From positions 36,322 to 100,321 of the forward strand of contig CAYOSF010000004.1 in assembly GCA_964406605.1 (NCBI GenBank): DNA of 64,000 nt, in the 5' to 3' direction. This document shows positions 9,181 through 17,657 of this stretch, in pieces. Position 1 is the first letter of the stretch; every line of letters starts with the position of its first letter. The stretch is from an uncultured Dehalococcoidia bacterium (GTDB lineage: Bacteria; Chloroflexota; Dehalococcoidia; DSTF01; RBG-16-68-14). Below the pieces are notes generated by a model. It saw only the letters and a list, made by a program, of their open reading frames with translations, was not told where the DNA came from and did not search any database. The position numbers and the translations under genes are program-made.

Positions 9181-9800
9181 GCGCGTGAGGGCGAGGGGGG
9201 AGGAGGGTCATGGGTCGGGGGTCGAGGGTCGGGGGTCGGGGGAGGGTCCTTCGGCAAGCCCTTCGGCAGGCTCGGGGCGAGGGGCCAGATTCCTCGCTTC
9301 GCTCGGAATGACATTGCTCTTCATGTGAGTGGGGGAGCGCTGATGTCGAGGCGGGCGAGGGGAGAGGGTTCACCGCGGCGGCGAGCTTGGAGGGCGTGGC
9401 TCCCTCACCCCGACCTGACGGTCGACCCTCTCCCGCAGGCGGGCGAGGGGAGAGGAGGGTCATGGGTCGGGGGTCGAGGGCCGCGGGAGGGCGGGAGGTT
9501 CCTTCGACAGGCTCGGGGCGAGGGGCCAGGTTCCTCGCTTCGCTCGGAATGACACCGCTCTTCATGTGAGTGGGGGCGCGCTGCTGATGTCAAGGCGGGC
9601 GAGGGGAGAAGGCGGGGGTCATGGGTCGGGGTCGAGGGTCACGAGAGGGCGGGAGGTTCCTTCGACAGGCTCGGGGCGAGGGGCCAGATTCCTCGCTTCG
9701 CTCGGAATGACATTGCTCTTCATGTGAGTGGGGGAGCGCTGATGTCGAGGCGGGCGAGGGGAGAGGGTTCACCGCGGCGGCGAGCTTGGAGGGCTTCGAG
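9181..9800. repeat. Cluster of REP-like composite repeats (family 1): three copies of a ~110-130-bp unit, one CCCTCACCCCGACCTGACGGTCGACCCTCTCCCGCAGGCGGGCGAGGGG hairpin unit, and (GGGTCGR)n G-tracts
   Basis: Near-identical units at ~9267-9393, 9507-9612 and 9667-9795 (GCTCGGGGCGAGGGGCCAGATTCCTCGCTTCGCTCGGAATGACATTGCTCTTCATGTGAGTGGGGG...). G-tracts at 9208-9245, 9463-9480, 9617-9640. The same modules recur at 20285-20545, 26893-27125 and 32800-32905. Confidence 0.85.
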
Positions 9801-10259
9801 CTCGTGGAGGGTCTGGAGGCACTGGCGGTGCAGGTGTGTTTCGTAGCGAATGATGTTGTCGAGGACATGGGGCTCGGGAATGATGGAACTGTCCTGGGCA
9901 CGGTCGACGGGCTCGAGGTCGGGAAACCGGTCTTCGGAGCCGGTCTCCTCGATATAGGCGGCGGCGTGGGCAAGGTCCTCCGCCTCGTCTTCTACCTGCT
10001 GGGCCGTGACGGCAACCTCGAAGCGAGTGACGCGGTGGAGACGCCAGAGGAGGAGGGCGACGCGTTCGGCCAGGGCGTGCTCGAGATCGCTCTCGGGGCC
10101 GAGACTGGCGAGGATGCCGTCGCGATAGCGACGCCAATCGGACTCCCGCTCCATGCCCGGAATGACGGGTTTGGTGGAGGTAATGCCATGCGTGAGGGCG
10201 TTGCGGGCAATGACCGCCTTGCCGGTGTCAGTTGCGGGACCTGTCTTGCCCTTTGTCAT
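9720..10259 (-). CDS. Hypothetical protein; 3' end runs into repeat copy 3
   Basis: Begins MTKGKTGPATDTGKAVIARNALTHGI with a non-Arg-rich composition. The last ~25 codons are encoded by the family-1 repeat, so the native C-terminus is probably altered. Confidence 0.4.
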   Translation of the reverse strand: MTKGKTGPATDTGKAVIARNALTHGITSTKPVIPGMERESDWRRYRDGILASLGPESDLEHALAERVALLLWRLHRVTRFEVAVTAQQVEDEAEDLAHAAAYIEETGSEDRFPDLEPVDRAQDSSIIPEPHVLDNIIRYETHLHRQCLQTLHELEALQARRRGEPSPLARLDISAPPLT

Positions 10260-10337
10260 GGTTGAGCGCCGCCCCGTGGGCGGACACGGGGGACAGGGCA
10301 CCCACAGGGGGGTGCCTCTACAGTGTGGGCCAGGTAA

Positions 10338-10570
10338 TTGTTTCGCAAAATCGTGTTTTTTCTATGTACGCGCATTCGCATTTGGTATTGGGCGTGTGGG
10401 CGCACCCTACCCGCGGAAGGGCAGGCGGCCGTGCGCCCCTACATGGCTAGGCGGCCGTACGCCCCTACGGTTGGGTGTACGGAGCTACGATACGGCGCGG
10501 GCGGGAGAACGCCAAGGGGTGGGTGGCACGGCAAAAGGGTCGAGGGCCAGGGGTCGCGGGTCGCCGGAGC
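10338..10570. repeat. Family-3 element, copy 1 (~190 bp), plus adjacent (GGGTCGR)n tract
   Basis: Homologous to 20558-20725: shared GTTTYGCARAATCRTGTT...CGCGYATTCGCRTTTGGTAT, perfect palindrome GGCGCACGGCCGTGCGCC, and 3' block GTACGRAGCYTAGGATACGGCGCGGKCGGGAGARCGCSAAGGGGYGGGTGGCAC. Confidence 0.75.
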
Positions 10571-10727
10571 AGGGGGGCCTGCGATATTCCGCTATCGCCT
10601 CGAGCCCTCTTCCCTCTCGTCGACGACGGACCAACTCCCAGTGAACGTTGTCCACAGAGTTCCCGTGTGAACCAGGGTTATCGGGTCTCTGTGACAATAA
10701 CGCTACCTGGGTCCGGCGGGGGGGGCG

Positions 10728-11207
10728 CTAGCCTGCGGACGCCGGACCCTCGCTGTCACCGCGGGCGGCTCGCAAGACCTGGTTGAGCTGTTCCTCATAC
10801 CCCTGAGCCCGGAGACCATCGCGAAGCTCCTTGCCCGGCAGGTGCGGCAGGCGGAAATAGAAGAAGTGTCCGACTGGGTCGGTGTTCGCCACACTCTCGT
10901 TCCACAGCGGTCGATCGACAGCGATAGTCAGGCGGCGAAACTCCTCATCGAGTTCCTGCACGATTGCCTCAGCAGTAGGAAGCATGCCGGGGCGTGCCCT
11001 CTCCAGGGAGCTCTTTATCAGCCAGCGCCTGTCGAGGTCGTTGCAGTACTCCTCGAGCGAATACAAGTAGACCGCGCGGCATTCGTCTACTGTCTGCGCC
11101 CACCCGCTCAGGAGAAGATGGGGCCACGATGATTTGGCCTTCTTGAGGAAGAGCACGCGCTCTTCATCAGGCAGTTCGAGCAGAGGGTCTCTTCGACTAG
11201 TCATCAC
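10728..11207 (-). CDS. Hypothetical protein (159 aa), translationally coupled to the upstream small ORF
   Basis: ATGA overlap with ORF 11204..11557. Balanced amino-acid composition. No recognisable domain by eye. Confidence 0.45.
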   Translation of the reverse strand: MMTSRRDPLLELPDEERVLFLKKAKSSWPHLLLSGWAQTVDECRAVYLYSLEEYCNDLDRRWLIKSSLERARPGMLPTAEAIVQELDEEFRRLTIAVDRPLWNESVANTDPVGHFFYFRLPHLPGKELRDGLRAQGYEEQLNQVLRAARGDSEGPASAG

Positions 11208-11557
11208 TTGACTTGGCTCCGGAAGTAGGCTTCGCTGCCCAGCTCCGGCTCGACCACAAACGATGTACCTATCCTACCACTAGGATGCACAAACACAATC
11301 GAGTTCGTGCTCCGCTCGTAGACCACCTTTGTCTGATCGTGGCTGCGGATGCCGATCAGGATGTCGTCGGTTTGATCGGTCTGCGCGGCGAGGCGCAGCG
11401 TGTGCCGCTGGTAGGCGCCCACCGCTGAGAAAGGACTCGCTGCGTCTAACCACGTTCGCTCCCCGGCGAGGCTCCGGCTTCCGTTCGCCCGGAACCAGGG
11501 CCGTAGTGGGAGGTCGGAATCCGGATTCCACCAACAGGACGCCGCGGACATTGACAT
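11204..11557 (-). CDS. Hypothetical small protein (about 118 aa)
   Basis: ORF 11204..11698, with start reassigned to Met48 (11557) because the 5' extension overlaps the patatin-gene promoter and start. Operon partner of 10728..11207. Confidence 0.35.
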   Translation of the reverse strand: MSMSAASCWWNPDSDLPLRPWFRANGSRSLAGERTWLDAASPFSAVGAYQRHTLRLAAQTDQTDDILIGIRSHDQTKVVYERSTNSIVFVHPSGRIGTSFVVEPELGSEAYFRSQVK

Positions 11558-11578
11558 GCTTAGACCAGCATGTATAAT
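11551..11578 (+). promoter_or_regulatory. Near-consensus sigma70 promoter: TTGACA - 16 bp - TATAAT, with TG immediately upstream of the -10
   Basis: ttgacaTGCTTAGACCAGCATGtataat read directly, ~80 bp upstream of the patatin ORF start (11656). Strikingly AT-rich for this genome. Confidence 0.6.
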
Positions 11579-11655
11579 AGGCCACGCAAGCGTTTCCTCT
11601 TCAGCGTCAGAGGAGGCGGCGCTGCCGTTCTGTGACGAGCGACGCAGTCGGCTGA

Positions 11656-14600
11656 TTGGCGCATCGGGAGCGAGCGGTGAACTCGGAGCGGGAATCACCG
11701 TGCCAGTGTAAACGACCCGGGGGACGCCCCACGGTCTTGGCGCTTCGTCTTGACGACCCGGGTGGGCTCTTCTCGTCGGGTGAGACTAACATTAGCGACG
11801 ACGTGAGGAGCATCCTCAAGGCGCACTACGCCGTCGTGCACGGTGCGCCCCACGGCCCCGAAGCACTGATCCCGGCACCCTGCAGAATCAAGGAAGACTT
11901 GGCGAGCCCCGAAGATATCGACGCCGCCGGACCCGCTAAGCTTCGTGAGTTCGCCCGGCGGCGGTTCGTTGCCGTATTTCAGTCCGAAACCGATGCGCTC
12001 CACCGGGCTGTGGCAATCCAGCAGAGGGCGTCAGAATCTCTGCAGGGTTCGTCAAAGCAAGGCGAGGGTGGCGGCACTGCGCCGGACAGGCCAGACGCAA
12101 GGCCGTACTATGGCGGAGAGGCGCGCCTCCAATGCGTTATCGGGCTGGCGCATGAAAAGGCGCCTCGCAGCACAGTCGAACGCATCAGATCCAAAGCGCA
12201 GAAGCTTCTTCAGCGAACGCCCTCGGAGTCAACGTCCGGCGCGCAAGAGCCGTCTAACGTGGGTGAGGCCGTCGCCTTGATCGGGCCCGAGGGCCCGGCG
12301 AGCGGCGGCAGCATCGTATGCACGGGCACGGTGTATCAGGAATTGCCGCAGAAGGACATGCGCCTGCTGTACGAGTGGGAGGAAGCCCGCGAACCCGCGC
12401 CGCGCAGGTTGAACCGGGACTATGTCCTGGCCCAGATCAAGCGTCCGTTCTCCGCCGTCAAACGCTTCATGAAGGGCGCCGGGGCGCCGATGGAGTGCAT
12501 CTACGACGACGCGCAGGTGCTTCTCAATGCCCCGTTTGAGCGCACGTTCTCGGCGGAAGTCCGCGGCTGGATCAAGCCGCGCCGAGGTGCTCGGCCAGAC
12601 GGCCCGGGGGCTCTGCTCTATCCCGAGCGCCCGCATCCCAAGAACGAGCTCGTCGGCCTGGCGCTCTCGGGCGGCGGCATGAGGTCTGGTGTGTTCAGCC
12701 TGGGTGCCGTGCAGGCGCTCGCGCGCTACGGCGTCCTAGAGGATGTCGACTACCTCTCGACCGTGTCCGGCGGCGGCTACTTCGGTGCCGCTCTATCGGC
12801 GCTCTGGGCCGATCCGCTCCCGTACGACGACCTCCCGCAGCTCAACGCCACACCCGAGCATTTCCCATTCGCCTATCCCCGCCCACCCTCGGACGGCGGA
12901 CCGCGCGCTGTGCACGGGAACGAGAGCCCCGCGCTCAAGTACGTGCGCGGCAATGCCAAGCTATTCGGCAGCGGCATCGGCCTGTTCAATGCCGGCACTT
13001 GGTCCGACGCCGGCCGGTTTCTCGTTTCCATGATGCTCCTCTGGACCGTGTTCCTCCTGCCGACGATAACCTTGCCGGTGCTCGGGGCAATAGGCGTACG
13101 CAACGGCTTCCAGCATCTTCGCCCGCACGTCGACTGGCAGGACCCGTGGTGGATCGCGCTCGCACTTATCCCTGCCGCGCCCGCCATCCTTGCCGTCTTG
13201 CTGTCCGCGGTTGCCTGGCGCGTGGGAGACAGGGGAAGGTGGCGAGAGCGACTGTGTGGCGCCAGCATCGGGTCCGCGATTGTCGCCGCCCTCCTGTTCG
13301 TACCGGAGGTCTTTGGGGCCGTGACGCTCCAACCCAGCATGGAGGACGTTTGGACGAGGCACTGGCTAGTCACGCTGGCAGCGGTGAGCCCGCTCGTGGT
13401 GTTCGGCGTCTATGCCTTGATCTCGTTCGTCGTCGAGAACATCAGAGGCGAGCGGACCAGGTTCGTCCCCGATTCGGTCAGATCTGTGCTTTTGCCCACC
13501 AGCGCCGTCCTCACGTTCGTTCTGCTGCTGTGCGCGGGAGTCTGGGGCTTCGACCAGCTATGGAATGGCACAATAGCTCGGTATGTCACCGGCGGCGCCG
13601 GGGTAGGGGGCGCGACGGTGGGCGGCTTCTCGCTCAGCAAGCTGTGGGACGCGCGTCTGAAGGACAACAAGCGAGTGCAGCGAGCCATCCTCCAGATCGG
13701 CCTGGCGGTTGGCGGTTACTTCGTGCTCGGTTTGGTGTTGAGCGCATGGTCCTGGTTCCTGTGGAGCAGTGGCGCTGGGAGTCCCGGATGGGTATTCCAC
13801 GCCGCTTGGGCTGCTGCCGGCGGGCTGGTCCTTCTTGGCCTTTGTCATCCGGTGTCCCGCGGGCTTCTGAACCGCTTTTCGCTCAGCCGTACGTACGCCG
13901 CGATGATCCAGAAGTCCTGGGTCGTGGGCGCGGTTCCCAAAGAATTGGCGAGCGGCAGGCCAGGTGCCGACACCGAAGAGGCCGGTGATCTCTCGCGACA
14001 GACCAAGGCCGCCCACTGGACGCGGGTTTGGCCTCGGCCCGACATCACGATGCATACGCTTCGCGAGAAGACGGCCGCTCCGGGAAAGGTGCCGCCGGGC
14101 CCGTACCACCTGGTCTGCACTGCGCTCAACCTGCCCGGTTCGACGAGCGCCAAGCTCCTTGACCGCCGCTCGGATTCGTTCGTGATCGCCCCCATTCACT
14201 CCGGCTCAGCCCTCACGCGCTGGCGCTCTACCGAAGGGCACGACGAACTCGACGGCATGCCGCTCGCCCAAGCGGCGGCCATCTCGGGCGCCGCCATCTC
14301 TCCCAACATGGGTGGGCGTACGACACGGACGCTCAGCATTATTCTCACGCTGCTCAACGTGCGGCTGGGCCGCTGGATGCGCAATCCTCGACCATCCACG
14401 AACACTCTCATCAAGAAGGTGTTCGTCGACGCGCCTCTCGTCCTCTACTGGAAGGAGATGCTCGGCCTTGCCTCGCACGAAGACGGGCAGATCTACCTCT
14501 CGGACGGCGGTCACTTCGATAACCTCGGCCTCTACGAGCTGCTCCGCCGTCGCTGCAAGTACATCGTCGCCGTCAGCGCCGATGTAGGAGCACTGGAGGA

Positions 14601-15084
14601 GGCGTTCGACATGGGCAACCTCGGCCGCGCCCTGCGTCTCGCGCGCGTCGACTTCGGTGTCGAAGTGGACATGGGACCGCTGGCACCGCTCATGCACGAT
14701 CCCACGACCGGCGAGGTCGGCTCTCTCTTCGCCGCCGGGGAGATCACCTATCCTTCGGGACACGGCGGAGACTCTGAGAAGGGAACGCTCATCTTCATCA
14801 AGAGCGGCATCGTCAACGAGGAGCTCACTGCCGACCTCCTCAGCTACTGGAAGAACGAGCATCCCGCCTTCCCCTATGACTCCACAACCGACCAACAGTA
14901 CGACCAGCCGCAGTTCGAATCCTACCGCCAGCTCGGCTACATAGCGGCCCGAGCCATGTGGAACTCAGTCGATGTTGCTCCGGGTGGCGATACGAGGGGA
15001 CGGCTCACAAGGATCGCCGACAAGTACAGCAAGACCACAGCGGAGCAGCATGCCCGCACAAGCCGATCAATATCCTATCCCTGA
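11656..15084 (+). CDS. Patatin-like phospholipase, 1142 aa, with ~320-aa N-terminal region and a ~570-aa multi-TM insertion between the catalytic Ser and Asp motifs
   Basis: GGGMRSG oxyanion block (LALSGGGMRSGVFSLG), nucleophile block STVSGGGYFG, and DGG block YLSDGGHFDNLGLYELL about 575 residues later. Residues ~445-720 form multiple hydrophobic helices. Start uncertain (next in-frame ATG at 12358). Confidence 0.75.
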   Translation: MAHRERAVNSERESPCQCKRPGGRPTVLALRLDDPGGLFSSGETNISDDVRSILKAHYAVVHGAPHGPEALIPAPCRIKEDLASPEDIDAAGPAKLREFARRRFVAVFQSETDALHRAVAIQQRASESLQGSSKQGEGGGTAPDRPDARPYYGGEARLQCVIGLAHEKAPRSTVERIRSKAQKLLQRTPSESTSGAQEPSNVGEAVALIGPEGPASGGSIVCTGTVYQELPQKDMRLLYEWEEAREPAPRRLNRDYVLAQIKRPFSAVKRFMKGAGAPMECIYDDAQVLLNAPFERTFSAEVRGWIKPRRGARPDGPGALLYPERPHPKNELVGLALSGGGMRSGVFSLGAVQALARYGVLEDVDYLSTVSGGGYFGAALSALWADPLPYDDLPQLNATPEHFPFAYPRPPSDGGPRAVHGNESPALKYVRGNAKLFGSGIGLFNAGTWSDAGRFLVSMMLLWTVFLLPTITLPVLGAIGVRNGFQHLRPHVDWQDPWWIALALIPAAPAILAVLLSAVAWRVGDRGRWRERLCGASIGSAIVAALLFVPEVFGAVTLQPSMEDVWTRHWLVTLAAVSPLVVFGVYALISFVVENIRGERTRFVPDSVRSVLLPTSAVLTFVLLLCAGVWGFDQLWNGTIARYVTGGAGVGGATVGGFSLSKLWDARLKDNKRVQRAILQIGLAVGGYFVLGLVLSAWSWFLWSSGAGSPGWVFHAAWAAAGGLVLLGLCHPVSRGLLNRFSLSRTYAAMIQKSWVVGAVPKELASGRPGADTEEAGDLSRQTKAAHWTRVWPRPDITMHTLREKTAAPGKVPPGPYHLVCTALNLPGSTSAKLLDRRSDSFVIAPIHSGSALTRWRSTEGHDELDGMPLAQAAAISGAAISPNMGGRTTRTLSIILTLLNVRLGRWMRNPRPSTNTLIKKVFVDAPLVLYWKEMLGLASHEDGQIYLSDGGHFDNLGLYELLRRRCKYIVAVSADVGALEEAFDMGNLGRALRLARVDFGVEVDMGPLAPLMHDPTTGEVGSLFAAGEITYPSGHGGDSEKGTLIFIKSGIVNEELTADLLSYWKNEHPAFPYDSTTDQQYDQPQFESYRQLGYIAARAMWNSVDVAPGGDTRGRLTRIADKYSKTTAEQHARTSRSISYP

Positions 15085-15230
15085 ACGTCCAGCCATTCCG
15101 CCTCGTTGCCGCCGGAGACCGAGGCACGTCTGCGGCTGGAGGCCCCGTCCCGCGTCCGGGACCCGCCCCATATAATGGTGCGCGTGGGCATGACTGAGCA
15201 CCGGTAGGGCATCGAAAGGATTCCATCGCC

Positions 15231-16820
15231 ATGAGTAGCGACGACACGATCCGGGTCGGCGTGTTCTCGCCGAACGACAACCGAGCGTGGGTGCGAGCCG
15301 ACAACCTGGACCTCATGCTCCGGCACGAGGGGCTGCTCATCGATGCGCTCCGGGGGCAGGGCGTGGAGGTGATCCGGGGCGGCGACGGCTACCCGCGCGA
15401 AGACCAGATCGCGTGGAATCGAGAGCTGGTGATCGAGCAGGCGAGGAAGATCGCCCAGGCGCGGCCGGACGCGCTGATCCTGAACCAGGGCTCGTGGACG
15501 TTCCCGCGGGACTCCGTGGATGCGGTGGACATCTATGAGGGCGCGATCCGGACGCTGGTGGACAACGCCGGCGAGGCCGGGGCGCGCATTCTGCTGTTCG
15601 GGTACAAGGACCCGGCGGTCCCCGGCATGGTGGCCGTGATGGCGGTGGCCGGGGCGCTCAAGATCATGGGCCGGTCGTACCAGATCTGCTACGGCCTGGT
15701 CGACCAGGACCCGTCGACGCTACAGGACCTGATGAGCAAGCTCCGCTTCTTCAAGCGACGCGCCGACGCGGCACGGGACGTTGCGGGCGTCATCGCCAGG
15801 CTGCCGGAGCAGAAGTACCTCCAGTTCGGGGGCGAGTCGCTGCGCATGCCCACGGCCACGGCCGACCCCAACCTGTGGCAGAAGACCTTCAAGGTGAGCT
15901 ACGACCACCTCGACCAGTCCGAGATCGTGAGCCGCGCCCTGGGCTTCGTGCGCTGGAGTGGCGTGGCGGGCGAGAGCGACTACGAGATCGTGGACGACAG
16001 GCTGAAGAAAGCCATCGCCTATAAGGAGAAAGAGGGCAGGTTCGACTTCAGCAGGCCAAAACTGACATCGATCGGCAAGTTCGTGATGCAGACGGCCATG
16101 TTCTACGCGGCGCGAGACATCGTGGAGGAGACGGGCGCCACCTTCTGCGGCGTCAAGTGCCAGGACGAACTGAGCGCGCGGATGTGCACCGCCTGCATCG
16201 TTACGTCGTATCTGGGCAACGACGTGGCGCCCGACGGGACGCCGCAGGAGCGCTTCTACCCGACCTCCTGCGAGAACGACATGGACACCGCGCTCACTCA
16301 GCACCTGCTCCACCTGCTGACGGGCCGCCCGGCCGCCTTCGGCGACTTCCGGGACGTGGAGGACGGCGCGCTGGCCATCGTCAACTGCGGCCAGCACCCG
16401 ACGCACTTCTTCGGCACGCCCGACGAGGACCCGGCGGAGAAGGAGCGCCGGGCCGAGTTCATGGGACAGGAGGTGTTCTATGACGCCGGCGGGAGCGTCG
16501 TGCGAGGCCGGACGCCGGGAGGTCTCGAAGTCACGGTGGCGAGGCTGGGGCGCGAGAACATGCGCTACTACCTGGCCGCCACGGTCCTGCAGACCGTCGA
16601 CGTGCCGGTCGAGCAGCACGAGCGCTACAACCCGTCTTGGCCGGTCCTGCGCGGCAAGATCCCGATGGCGGAGCGCGAGCTGATCGCCATGTGGCCGTCG
16701 AACCACCTCGCGTTCTCGTTTGGGGACTTGACGCCGGACCTGGCGGAGCTGTGCGAGGTGTTGGGCATCGGCTACTGTATCGTCGACGGGGACGGGAACC
16801 GGTACGAGCGGCCCGCGTAG
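15231..16820 (+). CDS. Sugar isomerase, L-fucose/L-arabinose isomerase family
   Basis: 529 aa with family-like N-terminal half. AAGGA RBS precedes the ATG. Family assignment by eye only. Confidence 0.45.
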   Translation: MSSDDTIRVGVFSPNDNRAWVRADNLDLMLRHEGLLIDALRGQGVEVIRGGDGYPREDQIAWNRELVIEQARKIAQARPDALILNQGSWTFPRDSVDAVDIYEGAIRTLVDNAGEAGARILLFGYKDPAVPGMVAVMAVAGALKIMGRSYQICYGLVDQDPSTLQDLMSKLRFFKRRADAARDVAGVIARLPEQKYLQFGGESLRMPTATADPNLWQKTFKVSYDHLDQSEIVSRALGFVRWSGVAGESDYEIVDDRLKKAIAYKEKEGRFDFSRPKLTSIGKFVMQTAMFYAARDIVEETGATFCGVKCQDELSARMCTACIVTSYLGNDVAPDGTPQERFYPTSCENDMDTALTQHLLHLLTGRPAAFGDFRDVEDGALAIVNCGQHPTHFFGTPDEDPAEKERRAEFMGQEVFYDAGGSVVRGRTPGGLEVTVARLGRENMRYYLAATVLQTVDVPVEQHERYNPSWPVLRGKIPMAERELIAMWPSNHLAFSFGDLTPDLAELCEVLGIGYCIVDGDGNRYERPA

Positions 16821-16879
16821 CGGCGGGCGGCGCCGGACAGCGCCAACAGAGACCTGGCCAGAGCGGAGGGAAGCACACG

Positions 16880-17494
16880 ATGGACGTATTCGAAGCGATC
16901 GGCACGCTGCGCGCGATGCGCCGGCTGAAGCCCGATCCGGTCTCCGATGAGGACGTCTGGAAGGTTCTCGACGCCGCCATCAAGGCGCCCAGCGGCGGGA
17001 ACCGGCAGCCGTGGAACTTCATCGTCGTGCGAGACCCGGAGATCAGGCGCAGGCTGGGCGAGTACTACCTCGACGCGTGGGGCAAGGCGTACGCCGGCGG
17101 GCCAGGCCGGGCCAGGCTGGACGACCCACGCTCGGCGCGCGTGTACCGTTCGGCCGAGCACCTGGCGCACCACCTGGCCGAGGCGCCGGTCCTCATCATC
17201 GTCACCCTACGCAAGGACGGGCCGACCCTTCCGCCCCTGGCCGGCAGCTCCATCTACCCGGCGATCCAGAACCTGATGCTGGCCGCGCGGGCGCTCGGCC
17301 TGGGCACCACGCTCACAACGCTGCACAAGCTCCACGAGCGGGAGGTGAAGGAACTCCTCGGCATCCCGGAGCAGGTCGAAACCATGGCGCTCATCCCCCT
17401 CGGCCGGCCGAAGGGGCGGTTCGGTCCTCCGACGCGGTTGCCCGTGGAGAAGGTCGTCTACTGGGAGCGGTGGGGCGAACGACGGGAGCGGTGA
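16880..17494 (+). CDS. Nitroreductase-family protein
   Basis: MDVFEAIGTLRAMRRL...APSGGNRQPWNFIVV, the classic nitroreductase N-terminus. GGAGGG RBS at 16865-16870. Confidence 0.75.
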   Translation: MDVFEAIGTLRAMRRLKPDPVSDEDVWKVLDAAIKAPSGGNRQPWNFIVVRDPEIRRRLGEYYLDAWGKAYAGGPGRARLDDPRSARVYRSAEHLAHHLAEAPVLIIVTLRKDGPTLPPLAGSSIYPAIQNLMLAARALGLGTTLTTLHKLHEREVKELLGIPEQVETMALIPLGRPKGRFGPPTRLPVEKVVYWERWGERRER

Positions 17495-17657
17495 CCGCGC
17501 CACGAGCGGCCGGCCGAGAGACTGCTGAACAAACTCCGCAAATCTGTCCCACCCGCCCGCCCGGTTGTGTTTGTTGAATCTGGGGGACACCCCCAGACCC
17601 CCGGCAGAGTCCTTCCCGGGAAGGACTCTGCACTCCCCCTTCTTCCGCAGGCTCAGC

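Noticed and set aside
8776-9552. 258-aa and 178-aa plus ORFs spanning the amidase 5' end and repeat cluster
   Set aside because: Run through G-rich repeats (translations full of GGRG/ARGE). Antisense to the amidase signal-peptide region.
9181-9800. Possible CRISPR array
   Set aside because: Repeat units are ~110-130 bp with internal nested hairpins and G-tracts, not 24-48-bp repeats separated by unique spacers. The same units are dispersed across the window and associate with a RAYT transposase gene.
12999-13988. 329-aa plus-strand ORF and other internal ORFs (12229..12636-, 12873..13373-, 13558..14199-, 14206..14895-)
   Set aside because: All lie inside or antisense to the 1142-aa patatin-like gene, which carries clear catalytic motifs.
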